A DNA stretch of 64,000 nt, taken from assembly GCA_965240325.2 (NCBI GenBank), contig OZ251237.1, positions 620,001-684,000 of the forward strand, in the 5' to 3' direction. The translations under genes were made by a program, and so were the position numbers. The notes under the pieces were generated by a model. It saw only the letters and a list, made by a program, of their open reading frames with translations, made no database searches and was not told the origin of the DNA. Of the stretch, positions 31,830 to 43,797 are shown one piece after another. The stretch's first letter is position 1, and each line of letters opens with the position of its first letter. Source of the DNA: Rebecca billardiae RCC1528. Taxonomy: Eukaryota; Protista; Haptophyta.

Positions 31830-32825
31830 TCATCGCGGCCTCCACGACACGTCGCCCACGCCGGTGAAGGCGTTCTTGAGCGCCTTCGGGTTGGCCCACG
31901 CCGAGTTGGCGAAGTCATCCTCGTTGTCCGCGTCGAGCACCTTCGCCTCCTGCTGCTTCTTGTGGTAGTGCGCGATCATGGCCTGCTGCTCCTCCTTCGT
32001 GATGACCGGCTCGCGCTGCGGAGCGCCCGCGCCCTTCTTCTGCAGCTTGGCGACGATCTTGGTCTTCTCGTTCTTGCCCACAAAGTCGCCGAGTGTCCTG
32101 TCGCGCGCGAGCTCCTTGCTCGCCCACCACACGGAGGCGTTCTCCGGGTCGAGCACCTCCAGCCCGGCGGCGCTGCCGCCGAGGTCCTCCTTCTCCTCGA
32201 GGATCTGGCGCACCGTGTCGTACGGCGGCAGCCCCATCGGGTAGACGATCATCACCGCGCCCTTGATCGCATCGACCGCGTCGAGCAGCAGCTTGCGCGT
32301 CGTCAGCTGCTTCATCTGCATCTGCTCCTTGGCGATGAGGCGCTTGGCGTCCTCCGACGTCTTTGCGATGATGCGCGCCATCTCCTCCGCTGGCGCTGCG
32401 CGGCGCGTGGGCACGCACGCCGGTGGGGGTGCACACGTGCGCGCGCGCGGGTCAGACTGCGCAGCCTCGCGCCGCCCCACGCTCGCGGCGCAGGCGCGCG
32501 CACCGTTGCCGGTTCGCCGCTCGGTGGGGTCGGGGCAGTAGTTGGGGCCTCGCTCAGGCGCGCGCTTCCGGAGCGTGCCGTCGTCCTGCAGGTCCTCCAC
32601 CAACGGCGTCGTGTCCTCCAGCCCCTGCTGCTCCGGCGGCTTCATCGGCCCGTGCTTTGCGAGCTCGTCCGCGGCTGCGGTCAGCCTGCCCACCTTGAGC
32701 CGCAGGTTGTGAATCTCCGCAAGCTCGCGTGTGAGCTCATCGCAGCTCGTGCTGCTCGGGCACTCGTACAGGAACTGCTTGCCCTCGTCCTCGCTGCCGC
32801 CGCGCTTCACCACCAGCAAAACCAT
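31830..32825 (-). CDS. CFAP298: Cilia- and flagella-associated protein 298 (C21orf59/FBB18/Kurly)
   Basis: MVLLVVKRG, ELAKHGPMKPP, GAVMIVYPMGLPPYD, VWWASKEL, DFVGKNEKTKIVAKLQKKGAGAPQREP, SAWANPKALK. Intron 32396-32503. Confidence 0.96.
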   Translation of the reverse strand: MVLLVVKRGGSEDEGKQFLYECPSSTSCDELTRELAEIHNLRLKVGRLTAAADELAKHGPMKPPEQQGLEDTTPLVEDLQDDGTLRKRAPERGPNYCPDPTERRTGNGARACAASVGRREAAQSDPRARTCAPPPACVPTRRAAPAEEMARIIAKTSEDAKRLIAKEQMQMKQLTTRKLLLDAVDAIKGAVMIVYPMGLPPYDTVRQILEEKEDLGGSAAGLEVLDPENASVWWASKELARDRTLGDFVGKNEKTKIVAKLQKKGAGAPQREPVITKEEQQAMIAHYHKKQQEAKVLDADNEDDFANSAWANPKALKNAFTGVGDVSWRPR

Positions 32826-33062
32826 CGCGCCGGCGTCTGGAGTTGCCAACCGCAGCCAGCGCGCAAGATGGCGGTTTTTAACGGTCGCATTTGTTCAGCC
32901 CGGCGAATTTTGCGCCAGCCCTGCCGAGATGTCCAGTTTCTGCAGAAGCAGAATTTTGGTCGAATAACGAGTGAACCGCCGTTGGTCATCACCCGCCGCT
33001 CGCCACCTGTGCACTCTCCCGCTCGGCCCCTCGTTGCCCGCCTGGCCTGAGTGGCGGACGGG

Positions 33063-33752
33063 ATGCCGGCGCACAATCACATGGCCGGCTCGTTCGCGCG
33101 GACGTCGTCCAAGGCCCGGCGCACGCAGCAGAAGCGCGCAAACTTCTTCATGCGCCACTCTGCGTCGAAGGGCTACGCCATGCGCATGACTTCAAACGCC
33201 GCGTCGTCGTCAGGCGCAGCGCCTCTCGATCTCTCGCCATTCAGCCCATCCGCCGCCGAGGACGGTGACGACGGGCCTGGCGCGATCGTGGAGAACGTAT
33301 CGGCTGAGGCGCCTGAGAACTACGCCGAAGACGACAGACTGGCTGCGCGGCAGGCGCAACCTCGCGATGCCGGCGACGAGCACACAGACCGGCAGACCGG
33401 TGCTTCCTCTGCACCGCTTGAGCGTGCAGCCGGCCTCGAGCTGTGCACGCCACAGCGCCGCAGCGCATGTCGCTCGTCCCCAGCTCGGATGTGCCCGCCG
33501 CCCGACCGTTCGGGGCATCCTGTCGATGCGGTCACGCTCTGCTGCCATGGCGAGCTCTCTGACTCGACGAGCGCCTGGCACAGCCTGCGGGGCGAGCTCT
33601 TCGAGCAGTTTCCGATGCCACCCATGGGTGCGACAGCAGGTAGTGCAGCAGCGCTGCAGAATCCATGCCCGACGCCGCGCTGCACCCGAGCGGGCACTAC
33701 TCTCAACGCGGGGCTGCTCGAAGAGACGACATCGTCTGACGACGGCGCTTAG
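33063..33752 (+). CDS. Hypothetical low-complexity protein
   Basis: ORF divergent from CFAP298 with plausible composition; no recognisable domain. Confidence 0.4.
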   Translation: MPAHNHMAGSFARTSSKARRTQQKRANFFMRHSASKGYAMRMTSNAASSSGAAPLDLSPFSPSAAEDGDDGPGAIVENVSAEAPENYAEDDRLAARQAQPRDAGDEHTDRQTGASSAPLERAAGLELCTPQRRSACRSSPARMCPPPDRSGHPVDAVTLCCHGELSDSTSAWHSLRGELFEQFPMPPMGATAGSAAALQNPCPTPRCTRAGTTLNAGLLEETTSSDDGA

Positions 33753-33988
33753 AAGAAAAATCACTGGCGGCTCCGACTCGAGTTATATCGGGGCAGCCGT
33801 TGGTCATCGGATGGGCCAGTCGGCCGCCCGTGGACGCCGGCCGGGCCCGCGCCGGTCTGTCTGGGCTCTGGCGGCGGTCCACCAGGCCGGCTCGGGGCCG
33901 GCACGAAGCCTGTACCAGGTGTCCGAGTGACTCGGACCGTACTACTTGTGACCGTGTGAGCCGCCCGGACTCCGGAGCACATTCTCGG

Positions 33989-34211
33989 ATTCTCCGTAAC
34001 CGGGGCAGAGCGGGAGGCTTCGTCCATTGACCATTTCCGACTGTAGTCAGCCAGCCGACTATCTAGAGCCGCTGTAAGCTGCACGGCTAGCTGCCACTCT
34101 AAGAATGCCAACACGTCTTATTAGTGGCCAAAGAGCCCGCAGCAGCCCGCGCTGTCCGAAGCGGCGCTGCCCCGCTTCAGGCGGTCCACTCATTCTCCGT
34201 AACCGGGGCAG
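33989..34211 (+). repeat. 20-bp direct repeat pair ATTCTCCGTAACCGGGGCAG
   Basis: Exact copies at 33989-34008 and 34192-34211. Confidence 0.85.
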
Positions 34212-34829
34212 CGGAGAATGGAGGCCGACAGGAAGGGTAACCATACTCTGCACCCTGGCTGCATGGTCCCCACCTGGCTCAAGAATCAGCTCCTGGCTCA
34301 AGAATTGCTCAATGCAGCAGCCCGCCGGCTCCAGCAGCCCGCCGCCGGGCCGGGCTGGTGTGTCATCGCCCAGCGCGCACTTGGTTGGCGGCGCGCTCCC
34401 TCACTCCGAGCTCCTACTCTTCTACAGCTGCTTGCCGCTAGGCCGGCGCACGGCCGGCGTCGACGCGTACTGCGACCTCCCTGGTTTCCTGCCCTGACGG
34501 GAACGCGCGCCGACACGTACAGACGTACTATCTAACGACACGTGTGAATGCCCCACTGCATTATTTGATGATTTGATGTTTGATGGTTTTGATGTCATGC
34601 CGAACCGGGGACACCGGACAGGCGTCAGGCTGAGTGCAGCACGGACACGTAGAATGCGTCCGCTGCCTTCCGACCAGGTTAGGCAGTGCGCCACTCGCTG
34701 AAATGCCTCCCTTATACGCCGGGGGGCGGGGCCGGGATGCGGAGCACCGCCTCGGCCTGGGGCACGCGGCGGCGACGGTGGGCAGAACACGTATCAACTG
34801 AAAACAGGGGGATCAAGGGCCGTACAGGT

Positions 34830-35440
34830 CGCTGCTTCAACTTTCGGACCCGATTGCTGTTCACTTTTTGTGCACGATGGCGGCGGCGCCCCCGGGGGTC
34901 TGCGGCGCTCGAGATCGCGCCTGGTGGCACCCCAGGGTGTGCCTGAGGTACAACCCAGCGGATATGTACCATTTAGACGACTTTGTTCCACTACCATGTG
35001 CCCCACGGACGCCACGAGGTCCACGACGGGGCCGCCGACGGCATGCTTCAACTTTCGGACCCGCTGGCTCTCAGTGCGCCGCAGACATAACATACATGCA
35101 GTAGACCACCTCAGGAACGGACAAACATGCTCACTCAGCTTCCGCGCTAGCCCCAGGCGGCAGCTGCGGCTGGGCCGCCGCGGGCACCGTCGACCACTTT
35201 CGGACCGCATGCTCTCAGCATGCACGCGGAGTCTGCTAGCAGCTGCGGCCTGGTAGGCCATTCGAGTCGGGCTGACGGCATCATACATTCCAGACATCAC
35301 TTGCGTGTATCAGCCAACCCCAGGGGCAGGTAAGCATGCTCACTAGGCGACTGTCGATGTCAGCTCCAGACCCTGCGCCGCGGGCACCGTCCGGCGTTCG
35401 CCGTCGACGTCGACCGGGTGAACATTCGGACCGTGGGCCA
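34830..35440 (+). repeat. Degenerate tandem array with ~200-211 bp period
   Basis: TGCTTCAACTTTCGGACCCG at 34833 and 35044; CATGCTCACT at 35126 and 35336; GCCGCGGGCACCGTC at ~35176 and ~35377. Confidence 0.65.
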
Positions 35441-36060
35441 GCACGCGCACGCGCTGCCTCCGCCTCCTTCTGCGCAGTTCGCGCGGCCTTCTTCTTGTTG
35501 AATTACCGCAACGACCACGAGTCATTCTGGCCATCATTGAGCCGCATGTTGTCCGGCTTCGGCGCGGCGACCTCTACGGCGGGCACAGGAAGGATACCGA
35601 GCTGGTCGGCGAGCTCAGCCGCGTCGAACCTCACCGCCTCAGCCTAGCGCACGTCATCAAGTTCGGCCTCGTGCTGCTCACGCAGGCGCGCGAGCTTGGC
35701 GGCCTGGCGTGCCGACTACTGCTTGGCAAGCTCAACCTTGGCGCGGAAGGCTGGAGCAGTCTTCCAGCGCAGTCCCGCCGGCGTGGCTGTGAACACACTC
35801 AACTTCGATGATGAGAGCGTGCAAGAGGGCTCGTTGTCGTCGGCCGAGCACGCAGTCGCGCGCCCCAACACCACCGCATGGCAGCCGCCTTCTGGGCAAC
35901 TACCGCGCGCTATATCTTGTAGGTCTCCGCTTTCGCGCCTCAACCGAGTACGGCTTGACGCCCTTAGCCGCCTTCATCGAGGCGCTTGCGCTGGGCCCGG
36001 CCGGCGCGCACAGCGAAAGCGCGGGCGTACCGATCAGCGCAGTGCCTGAGCTGCGAGCGG
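35400..36060 (-). pseudogene. Decayed coding relic with a charged helical tail, possibly transposon-derived
   Basis: One frame reads AFRAKVELAKQ*SARQAAKLARLREQHEAELDDVR*AEAVRFDAAELADQLG...SLR*FNKKKAARTAQKEAEAAR with in-frame TAG/TAG/TAA. Confidence 0.55.
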
Positions 36061-36782
36061 CCGAGGACGATGCCAGCAGGCACCGCGACCCGACTGGTAA
36101 CGTATACTGACGGGCACGTCACCCCACGCGCCGACAGGCTGCTCAGCCCTGCCGCGGCGCGCCCGCCACGCACCCGCCGATGAGCGAGCCACTGTCGCCA
36201 TCGCCCGGGTCCGAAAAACTGTAGTACTCGTTGGTAGGGGGATGTGGTGAAGAGCTGAACGCGCACCTTCAATAATCGGGACCAATTCAACCGGAACCTG
36301 ATTACCTATAGCATCTGAATTCATCGTCGTCATACGAGTTTCAAGTTACGACAAGAGCGCCTTTAAAAAATACCCCATCTGGGTGCTCGCACATTGATGT
36401 CAAATTGCAAACTGGTATTCGATCGCGGTTAATACTGCCCTGCCACCAACTTAAATTACATATGGAATTAGTCAAGGAATGGCCGCCAAAAGCCGATAGA
36501 TGATGTTCCCGCCAAATATGTATCTGATCTCAGGTTGATCTCAACCACGCATACCTGCAGTCTGGGTGCGTGATTGTTGGGAGCCTGAATCCTCTTTAAG
36601 TGAGCCGATGTGCACCTAGAACTTAAATTAATTAAGTAGGGACCAGGACGCCACGATGATTGATTCTCTCGTGAGAATCACGAATACCACCGTACCGGAC
36701 CGGTATCATTGGGAATGAACGGTCAAGATCGGAACCTTTCCCACCCTTCGCTTCGCATCGTGAGATCGTCATCATCGACACG

Positions 36783-39700
36783 ATGACCCACCACTCACAC
36801 AACTCAGTGCACCCTGCGAGCGCCTCGGGCGCTCCAATCACGCCGAGCAGCACGCCGAGTGACGACGACGGCGTGGCGCTGGATGTTGACCATCAGGAAC
36901 TCGAGCTCGCAGCGGACGCGACGATCGCCACGATCGCCGCCGGGATGACCACCACGATCGCCGCGCCAGCCCGATCGAGCACGGGCGTTTTCAAAGAAAT
37001 GGTCCAGCCGCCGCGCTTGACGCGCGTGCTCACCTTCGCCGATGGCGCTCTGGAGCGCGCGTACGAGAGCGAGATGCTTGCGCGCTACCCGCGGCGCCTG
37101 GCGACCGCCGCCCTCCTGCTCGCTCTCGTCTTCGGCGCCAGCGCCATCTCGCGCGCAGTGGAGCTCGGCGACGTGCTTTCGGAGACGAGCGCGCCGTTTT
37201 GGATTGCTGTCGGCTCCAGCGCGGCCTCTCTCGGCGCGGTGGGCGCGAGCCTTGCTCTCCCGCGGTTGCACCTCACGCTCGGTGCAGTCGAGGGCGTCAC
37301 CGTCTCGCTCCTGCTGTGCTTCGCCGCCTCCTTCTTCGCCATCTCCTTCCACGAGGAGCAGCAGAGGTTCCTCCACGACTCGAGCTGCGGCGCACTCGGC
37401 GGCGATTGCGCCGAGATCAGTGCCGCTCGCCGCGTGGCTGCGCTGTACAACGGGCTCTTGCGTGCTCTTGTGGTGCCGGTCGTCGCGCTGACCCTGCTCC
37501 CAATGCAGGCCATTGGCGCATGCACGGTGAGTGTCGCCGTCATGCTCCTGCAGCTCGTGCTCGTGGCGAGGACCTATGAGCACCAGCTACTGGACGACGT
37601 GGCTGGAAAGATCTCCGAGCACTCGGCGCGCAACAATGCCGAGACGCTCGAAAGCATCGCCCTCGTCGTGCTCTTGCTGGGCAGTGCGCTGCTGGGCCGG
37701 CTCTCACACATCGCATCGCATCGCGCGCAGTTCCACTCGCATCTTGCCAACGAGCGCGCCAGCAAGCAGCTGGTGGCCGAGATGAGCCGCGGAGCCCGTG
37801 CTGACGTGAACCTCAAGGAGAGCGAGACGTCGAAGCAAGTGCAGATGCAGAGCGCGCTCGCGGCAAAGCAGGCTCGATCGCGCCTCATCAGGATCGCAAT
37901 GCACGACCTGCGCTCTCCGCTCCTTGCCGTCTCCAACGCTGTGTCGACGCTGAGCGAGCTCGAGCCGAGCGCGCAGCTGGGCAGCGCAGAGGTGGTCGAC
38001 TCCGTGCATGCGCTTGCAAAGATGTCCAAGCTCATGCAGCACATTGTCTCCGACATGATGGACTGTACGCGCTGTGCCCAGGCCCCGATGCGCCACCGCG
38101 CGTGCTCGTCGCCATGCACGCTTCATCGCATCAGTCGACATCCGCCGGACGCTCCCAGGCAGGCCCCGCGACCGCCGTGACTGACCGACAACAACACCCC
38201 CCCTCCCCGATGCGTCTGCCCCGTGCCCTTCACTCCCCATGCTCACCGCGCAGTCGAGCGCATTGACAGCGGGCGGCTCGTCTTGGTGCCTGCGCCCTTC
38301 TTCGTGGGCCAGCTGCTCGAGGATGCATGCATGACCTTTGCGGCGCTGGCGGACAGCAAGGGCGTGGTGCTCAAGGTGGAGCACCTGCCTCCGGACCTCG
38401 TCGCAGTGCCGCTCATCGGGGACTCACGCCGGCTGCAGCAGTGCACGAACAACGGCTTGTCCAACGCGGTGTGTGCTCCGCAGCGACACCACGCGCCAAT
38501 CCCTATCACGCGCCCCGCGCTTAACTCACGCGCGCACCGGCGGCCCGGCGCGGCGCCACGCGCAGATCAAGTTCAGCGAGCGGGGCGGCACGATCGTGCT
38601 GCGAGCACGCGCGGTGAACATGCGCCTCTCAGCCACGCCATCCTCCACGAGCCCGTGCGCCATCCACCCGTCCGCCAGCTCGGACCAGGCGGCAGTCGCG
38701 GTGTCGATCGTCGATTGCGGCATCGGCATGAGCCACGACGAGCTGCGGAAGCTGCGCCGTGGCGAGGCGTTTGTCGGCCAGGGCCAACTCCAAGGCGTCG
38801 GCGGCACCGGCCTCGGCCTCACCATCACGCGCCAGCTGCTGCAGATGCACGACGACTCCGAGCTGCACCTCGACTCACCTGGGCCGGGGCTGGGCTTCAC
38901 CTTTGAGCTCCGGCTCAAGCTGTGGCGTGCGCTCGAGAATACGCTCGGCGAAGGCAGTGCGGAGCAGCGGCGTGCGGAGATCTCCACGCCGGTGCTGCAC
39001 GACCGCATGGCCGCGGCGCGCGCGCTCGCTCGGAGCCAGACCATCGCGCGGAGCCAGGAAGGGCTTGAGCGCAGCTTAGGGCACGTCGCTCAGGACGCGC
39101 ATCGCACGAGCAGCCCACCGCGCAGGAGCATCGTGGCTGTGGACAACAACGGCGCCGCTGCGCCGAAGCCTGCGCCGAGCAGCCACAGCTCCGAGATCGT
39201 GCCGCCGAGTACCCCGACAGTCGGCGCAGTCCCCACTGCGGCCGTCGCACTGATGGCCGGCACCGGCGGCATGGCAGCGGCCACCAAGACGGCGCCACGG
39301 CGGCGCAGCCCGGAGCTGGACGGCATGGACTACCCGCCTGGCTTTTCCTGCCTCTACGTGGACGACGACCGCATCCTGCAAAAGTCCTTTGTGAAGCGCG
39401 TCTTTGAGCGAATGGCTGCGCCGTACGCGCAGGCGTGGGACGGGCGCGAGGCGGTGGAGCGGATCGTCGAGAAGGGCGAGCAGTACGACATCATCGTGAT
39501 GGACAACCAGGTGCGCGCTCGCTCGCGTGCTGCGTGCCGCCAGGCGCTCGGACCGTCCCACGCGGCTGCACCCGGCGGAAGCCGTCGCTGCCGAGAGCCG
39601 ACAGAGCCGCGCGCGGGCCTCTGACTGAATCACGCAGTCACTGTCTCACTCCACCCACCACCCGGCCCGGCTATCCGCGCCGCGCGCCGCCGCCGCGCCG

Positions 39701-40422
39701 CCACGCAGATGCCACGCATGGGCGGCATCCTCGCGACGCGCGCGCTGCGCGCAGCCGGCTTTGCCGGCATGATCATCGGCATGACGGGCGACCCGCGCGG
39801 CTCGCCTGAGCGCGACGAGTTCGACTGCGCCGGGCTCGACATGAGCTTGGATAAGGACGACAAGGGCGTCAAGGAGGTGCTGCGCGTGCTCGAGAGCTGC
39901 CTGGTCCCCATCGGCTCGGCCGGCGGCGCTGAGACGCCGGCGTCGGCGCCGGCATCGGCGCCAGCGACGGAGCCGCCCGACGAGCACGTTGGCTCGAAGG
40001 CGAGCGACGCGCACCACGAGCAGCAGGCCGGCGCGACGGGCGAGACCGCTGCTGGGTTGGATGCCCAGGCGTGGAGTGCGTTGTGCGCAAGCCATGCAGC
40101 GTCGGCGCGGAGTCGAGCGCGCCATCACACCGCCGATGCAGCGGGCTCCATGCGCAGACGCCCTTGCCCGCACGGGCTACATGCCGCCGGCGAGCGCGAG
40201 CAACAGGGCGCCGATGGCGTGGACGAGCAGGCGTGGGAATCGTTGCGCACAAGCCACGGCGCCGCGTCTGTGCGCGCTCGCACGCGCTACCACACCTGCG
40301 ACCAGCTGACCGCAAGGACGACTTCCGCAGTTGTTGACGAGGATTACACGGGCGAGGACGACCTGCTGCGTTCGCGGCCGCACACGGTCTCAACCTTCAT
40401 GATGCCATACGACCTCGAGTAG
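36783..40422 (+). CDS. Multi-pass membrane hybrid histidine kinase (TM sensor, HisKA, HATPase_c, receiver)
   Basis: About 6 hydrophobic helices. H-box AMHDLRSPL, N-box GDSRRLQQCTNNGLSNAIKFS, G1 DCGIGM, G2 GGTGLGL; receiver YVDDD..IVMDNQMPRMGG..MTG..LDK. Introns 38065-38253, 38469-38565, 39511-39708. Confidence 0.93.
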
Positions 40423-40873
40423 CACATGGATCGGTCGTCCGCAACACATGCGTGGTGTTCAGCGCGCGCAGCGGTCGGCGTCCGTGAGCCGGCACGCGGT
40501 ATTACTCCGCGGCGCGTCCCAGTAGAGCCCAGCATAGCAGCACTTGCGACGACGCTGCTGCTGTAGTCTAGTAGCGCTGCTGATCAGACGATCGGACTCG
40601 GCTCGGCCAGTGCACACGGAGTGCGACGGTCATTACTATTATTAATTATTGGCATATTAATTCACTGACGAAATGGCACACTGTGGGCGGCTGGTCCCGG
40701 CTGGTCGGACTGGCATTGGCTATGATTTTAACGACACAGGTAGGACGACGCGGGTCTCGTCCCAATTCGTCGGCGGCAGTGCCCGATCGTCGACACGAAG
40801 TCTGACTACTCGTCGTCGTTACAATTTAATTTATATTAGACCGATGCTTTTAAATACGACGACGCCGACGATA

Positions 40874-41066
<193 letters not shown>

Positions 41067-42211
41067 TAACCACTCGGCCATGCCCTGCTCGCTCGAAGCG
41101 TCGAGCACGACCGAGAGCTGGATTGGTCGTGGCGTGAACTGCTGCTTATTGGGACAGTCCACGATGATCATGACTTGGGACACGATCATGTTACATAGGT
41201 GATTAGGTCGGGATTTTACCAACTACGAACGACGGGCGCGGGCAGTGCGGAGGCGCAGCTGCCCGTGGTCGAGAGGGCGCCCGTGAGGTCCGTCAGTCAC
41301 GGAGGTCGACGGCCGATCTGGCTGACCAGACAGCACTGGTTGCACAGCACCGTGATCCCAGACAGAGGGTGGGAGGGTGGGCAAACAGTGAACCGCCTCC
41401 GCGGAGCTGACGCGGCAGCACGTGAGCTGCTGTCAGACGAGAATGTGATGCCGGCGGACGAGCGACGACGCGGCTGCGGTGCGGCGCTGCAGGGCGGAGG
41501 CGCTGACAGCAGCAACCTCACCGAGCAGAGGGGACTACCAAAGGCGTACACCTCCTGTGTGCCGAGCTCACAAGAGTGGTCGGATGAGAGTGTAGCGTGC
41601 GGTGTCGTGGGCCCCCTGCCCAGCTCGGCGCCTTGTGTCATGACGCCCCCGTACCTTGGGCCGAGCCGTGCCGAGGCCAGAAGAGTCGCCTCGGATGGAA
41701 CAGGAATCGCCGAGCAAGTCCTGCAGGCGGTGCCCGGTGCCGACCGGATCATTGGCTGCCGAAAAGGGGTCCGACCAGGACTGCGCGCGCTGGGCGGCGG
41801 GCGCCCCGGCCGGACAGCTGGTTGATGATCATGATGCGGTGATGTCTGATGATGCCAAGCGAGCCGGATTCTCGGTCGGTCGCTCTTAGACACTCCGAGT
41901 TATTGTGCCAATAACGCCACACATAATGATATATTCTTGGGATAACCGCGAAGCTCCGAGCGTCCCGAGCCCTGCTAAAAGGGCTCGGGGCTGCACTCAG
42001 CTCAACAAAATCGCGCCGCCATCTGAGATCAATACGGCCGAATACGGTCCCGGCCGCGGGGCCGAGGACAGGCGGTCGTGAGTCGCCGGCCAGAGTAACT
42101 CGCAGCACGCCGCGGACAGTGTCAGTCGTCGTCGGCGGCGACGGCGCGGCTGACAGTAAGCTGCTACTACAATTAGCAGTGCCGGCGCCCGTACTACGAA
42201 GTATGCCTATA

Positions 42212-42258
42212 CATCTCACTAAGAATAAGAGGCGCACACAGCTCAGGCACCCCTGACG
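42212..42258 (+). mobile_element. Diverged solo right-type end of the CAGTTTACTA family
   Basis: TA|CATCTCACTAAGAATAAGAGGCGCACACAGCTCAGGCA matches the reverse complement of 23545-23583. Confidence 0.7.
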
Positions 42259-42296
42259 GGCTGAGCCTGCGCGATGCCACGAGCTACTCCGAGACC

Positions 42297-42794
42297 TCAC
42301 CACCATCTCCGAGATGATTGTACTTGAGCCTCGAGCAGCCCATCAATCTGGGCTTGCAGCACCACGATCTGGTCTCGGAGAGCCTCGCGCTCGTCCGCCG
42401 CCCGTCGGAACTCCTCCCACTGCCGGCGCTCGTTGGCTTTGATGCGCTCCGCCTCCTTGGCCTTTGCGCGATTCTGGCGAGAGACCTCTAATGCCACCGT
42501 GGCCCCCACGATGCTGAAGACGACGGATTCGCCGAGAAGCTCGGAGCCAATGTCCAACGCCTTCTCCTGCGTGATCGGTGCCATTGTCGCTATAGAGCCG
42601 CGGCTGAGCCATCCCTGGCCAGTCACCCAACGCGTCAGATTGATGTTGGTCCGATGCGCGAGCCCGCCGGCCCATGACAACGGCGGTGCGAGCGCGGGGT
42701 GCAGCTTCGCCTCACGCTTCACGAAGTTTGCGATTGGCTTGCTCACCTGCTTGACCAGGACGAGGGACAGCTTGCCCGCGAGCGCGAGCGCCAT
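42297..42794 (-). CDS. OPA3: OPA3-like mitochondrial protein
   Basis: KLSLVLVKQVSKPIANFVKREAKLHP, PITQEKALDIGSELLGESVVFSI, C-terminal coiled coil. Confidence 0.92.
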   Translation of the reverse strand: MALALAGKLSLVLVKQVSKPIANFVKREAKLHPALAPPLSWAGGLAHRTNINLTRWVTGQGWLSRGSIATMAPITQEKALDIGSELLGESVVFSIVGATVALEVSRQNRAKAKEAERIKANERRQWEEFRRAADEREALRDQIVVLQAQIDGLLEAQVQSSRRWW

Positions 42795-42936
42795 TGCGGG
42801 AGGCGGAAGGCGGAGGACCAGACACGCGGAACCAAAGGAAAACCAGTGCGATGCCCTGCTCAGTGCTCACGAGTTTCTGGGAAGGTGCCGCCGCCATCGC
42901 CAGTCTTCCCGCGAGTCGCGACCGACGTCAGTGGCG

Positions 42937-43656
42937 ATGTGGCTTCCGCTTGCGGCAGCGCTCCTGTCCTCCACCCGCATGGGACGCATGGGCGTCACCC
43001 GTCGGGCTGCGCAGACCGGCGCCATCCGCTGCGCGGCCACACGCGCGGGCAAGCTGCAGCAGCGCGCGCAGGAGACAGAATTTGTTGGCAGCTTCAATGA
43101 CTGGCGCAAGATGCCGAACTCGCCCGCCCCCGAGATTGCCCTCTTTGGTCGATCGAACGTGGGCAAGTCGTCGGCACTCAACTGCCTCATCGGCCGCCGC
43201 AAGAAGATCGCTCGCGTGTCCAAGACCCCCGGCTGCACGACCGCGCTCAACCTGTATCGCGTCGGCAGCGTCTGCACAATCTGTGATCTGCCAGGCTACG
43301 GATACGCGAAGCGCGGCGCAGAGCTGCAGGCGGAGTGGGCACGCTCGATCTCGAAGTACGTCGCCGAGCGGCCTGAGCTGCGCGCCTGCGTCGTCTTCCT
43401 CGACCCGCGCCACGGGCCCAAGGACAGCGACGCCAACTTCTTCGAGTGGCTGCGCTCCCTGGAGGTGCCGGAGGACCGGCTGATCGCGGTCGCAACCAAG
43501 GTGGACACGATGCCGCCCGCACGCGTCGACGCAGCGCTGGACGAGTTGGCCGCGGCGTACGGACTGCTCGAGCGGCCGATCGCGTTCTCGTCATCGACTG
43601 GCGCCGGGCGCGACCAGCTCTGGCGCACAATGGAGGGCGCTGCGCTGAGCCGATAA
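42937..43656 (+). CDS. engB: EngB/YihA/YsxC ribosome-biogenesis GTPase with organellar presequence
   Basis: PEIALFGRSNVGKSS, ARVSKTPGCT, DLPGYGYAK, ATKVD, FSSSTGAG. Confidence 0.93.
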   Translation: MWLPLAAALLSSTRMGRMGVTRRAAQTGAIRCAATRAGKLQQRAQETEFVGSFNDWRKMPNSPAPEIALFGRSNVGKSSALNCLIGRRKKIARVSKTPGCTTALNLYRVGSVCTICDLPGYGYAKRGAELQAEWARSISKYVAERPELRACVVFLDPRHGPKDSDANFFEWLRSLEVPEDRLIAVATKVDTMPPARVDAALDELAAAYGLLERPIAFSSSTGAGRDQLWRTMEGAALSR

Positions 43657-43797
43657 CTGGCGATAAGATGCCGCAGCGCCGCTCAGCGCAACGACGCAGT
43701 GCGTTCAATGAGCCGGCTCTATCTTGGGCCGGCTGCCCAGTGGCCAGTCTTCGACGATGTTCTCCGCGCCGCCGGAAGCTCGGGTCGCCGCACTCAT

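Noticed and set aside
34830-35440. CRISPR-like repeat-spacer array
   Set aside because: Only two exact 20-mers, spacers ~190 bp that resemble each other, no cas genes, eukaryotic context.
35400-35720. Stop-codon reassignment (TAG/TAA read as Gln)
   Set aside because: Intact genes here end in TAA (engB) and TAG (histidine kinase) and have no internal stops; decay is the simpler explanation.
41199-41893. ~200-aa ORFs on both strands
   Set aside because: No motif and non-host codon pattern; cannot support a gene.
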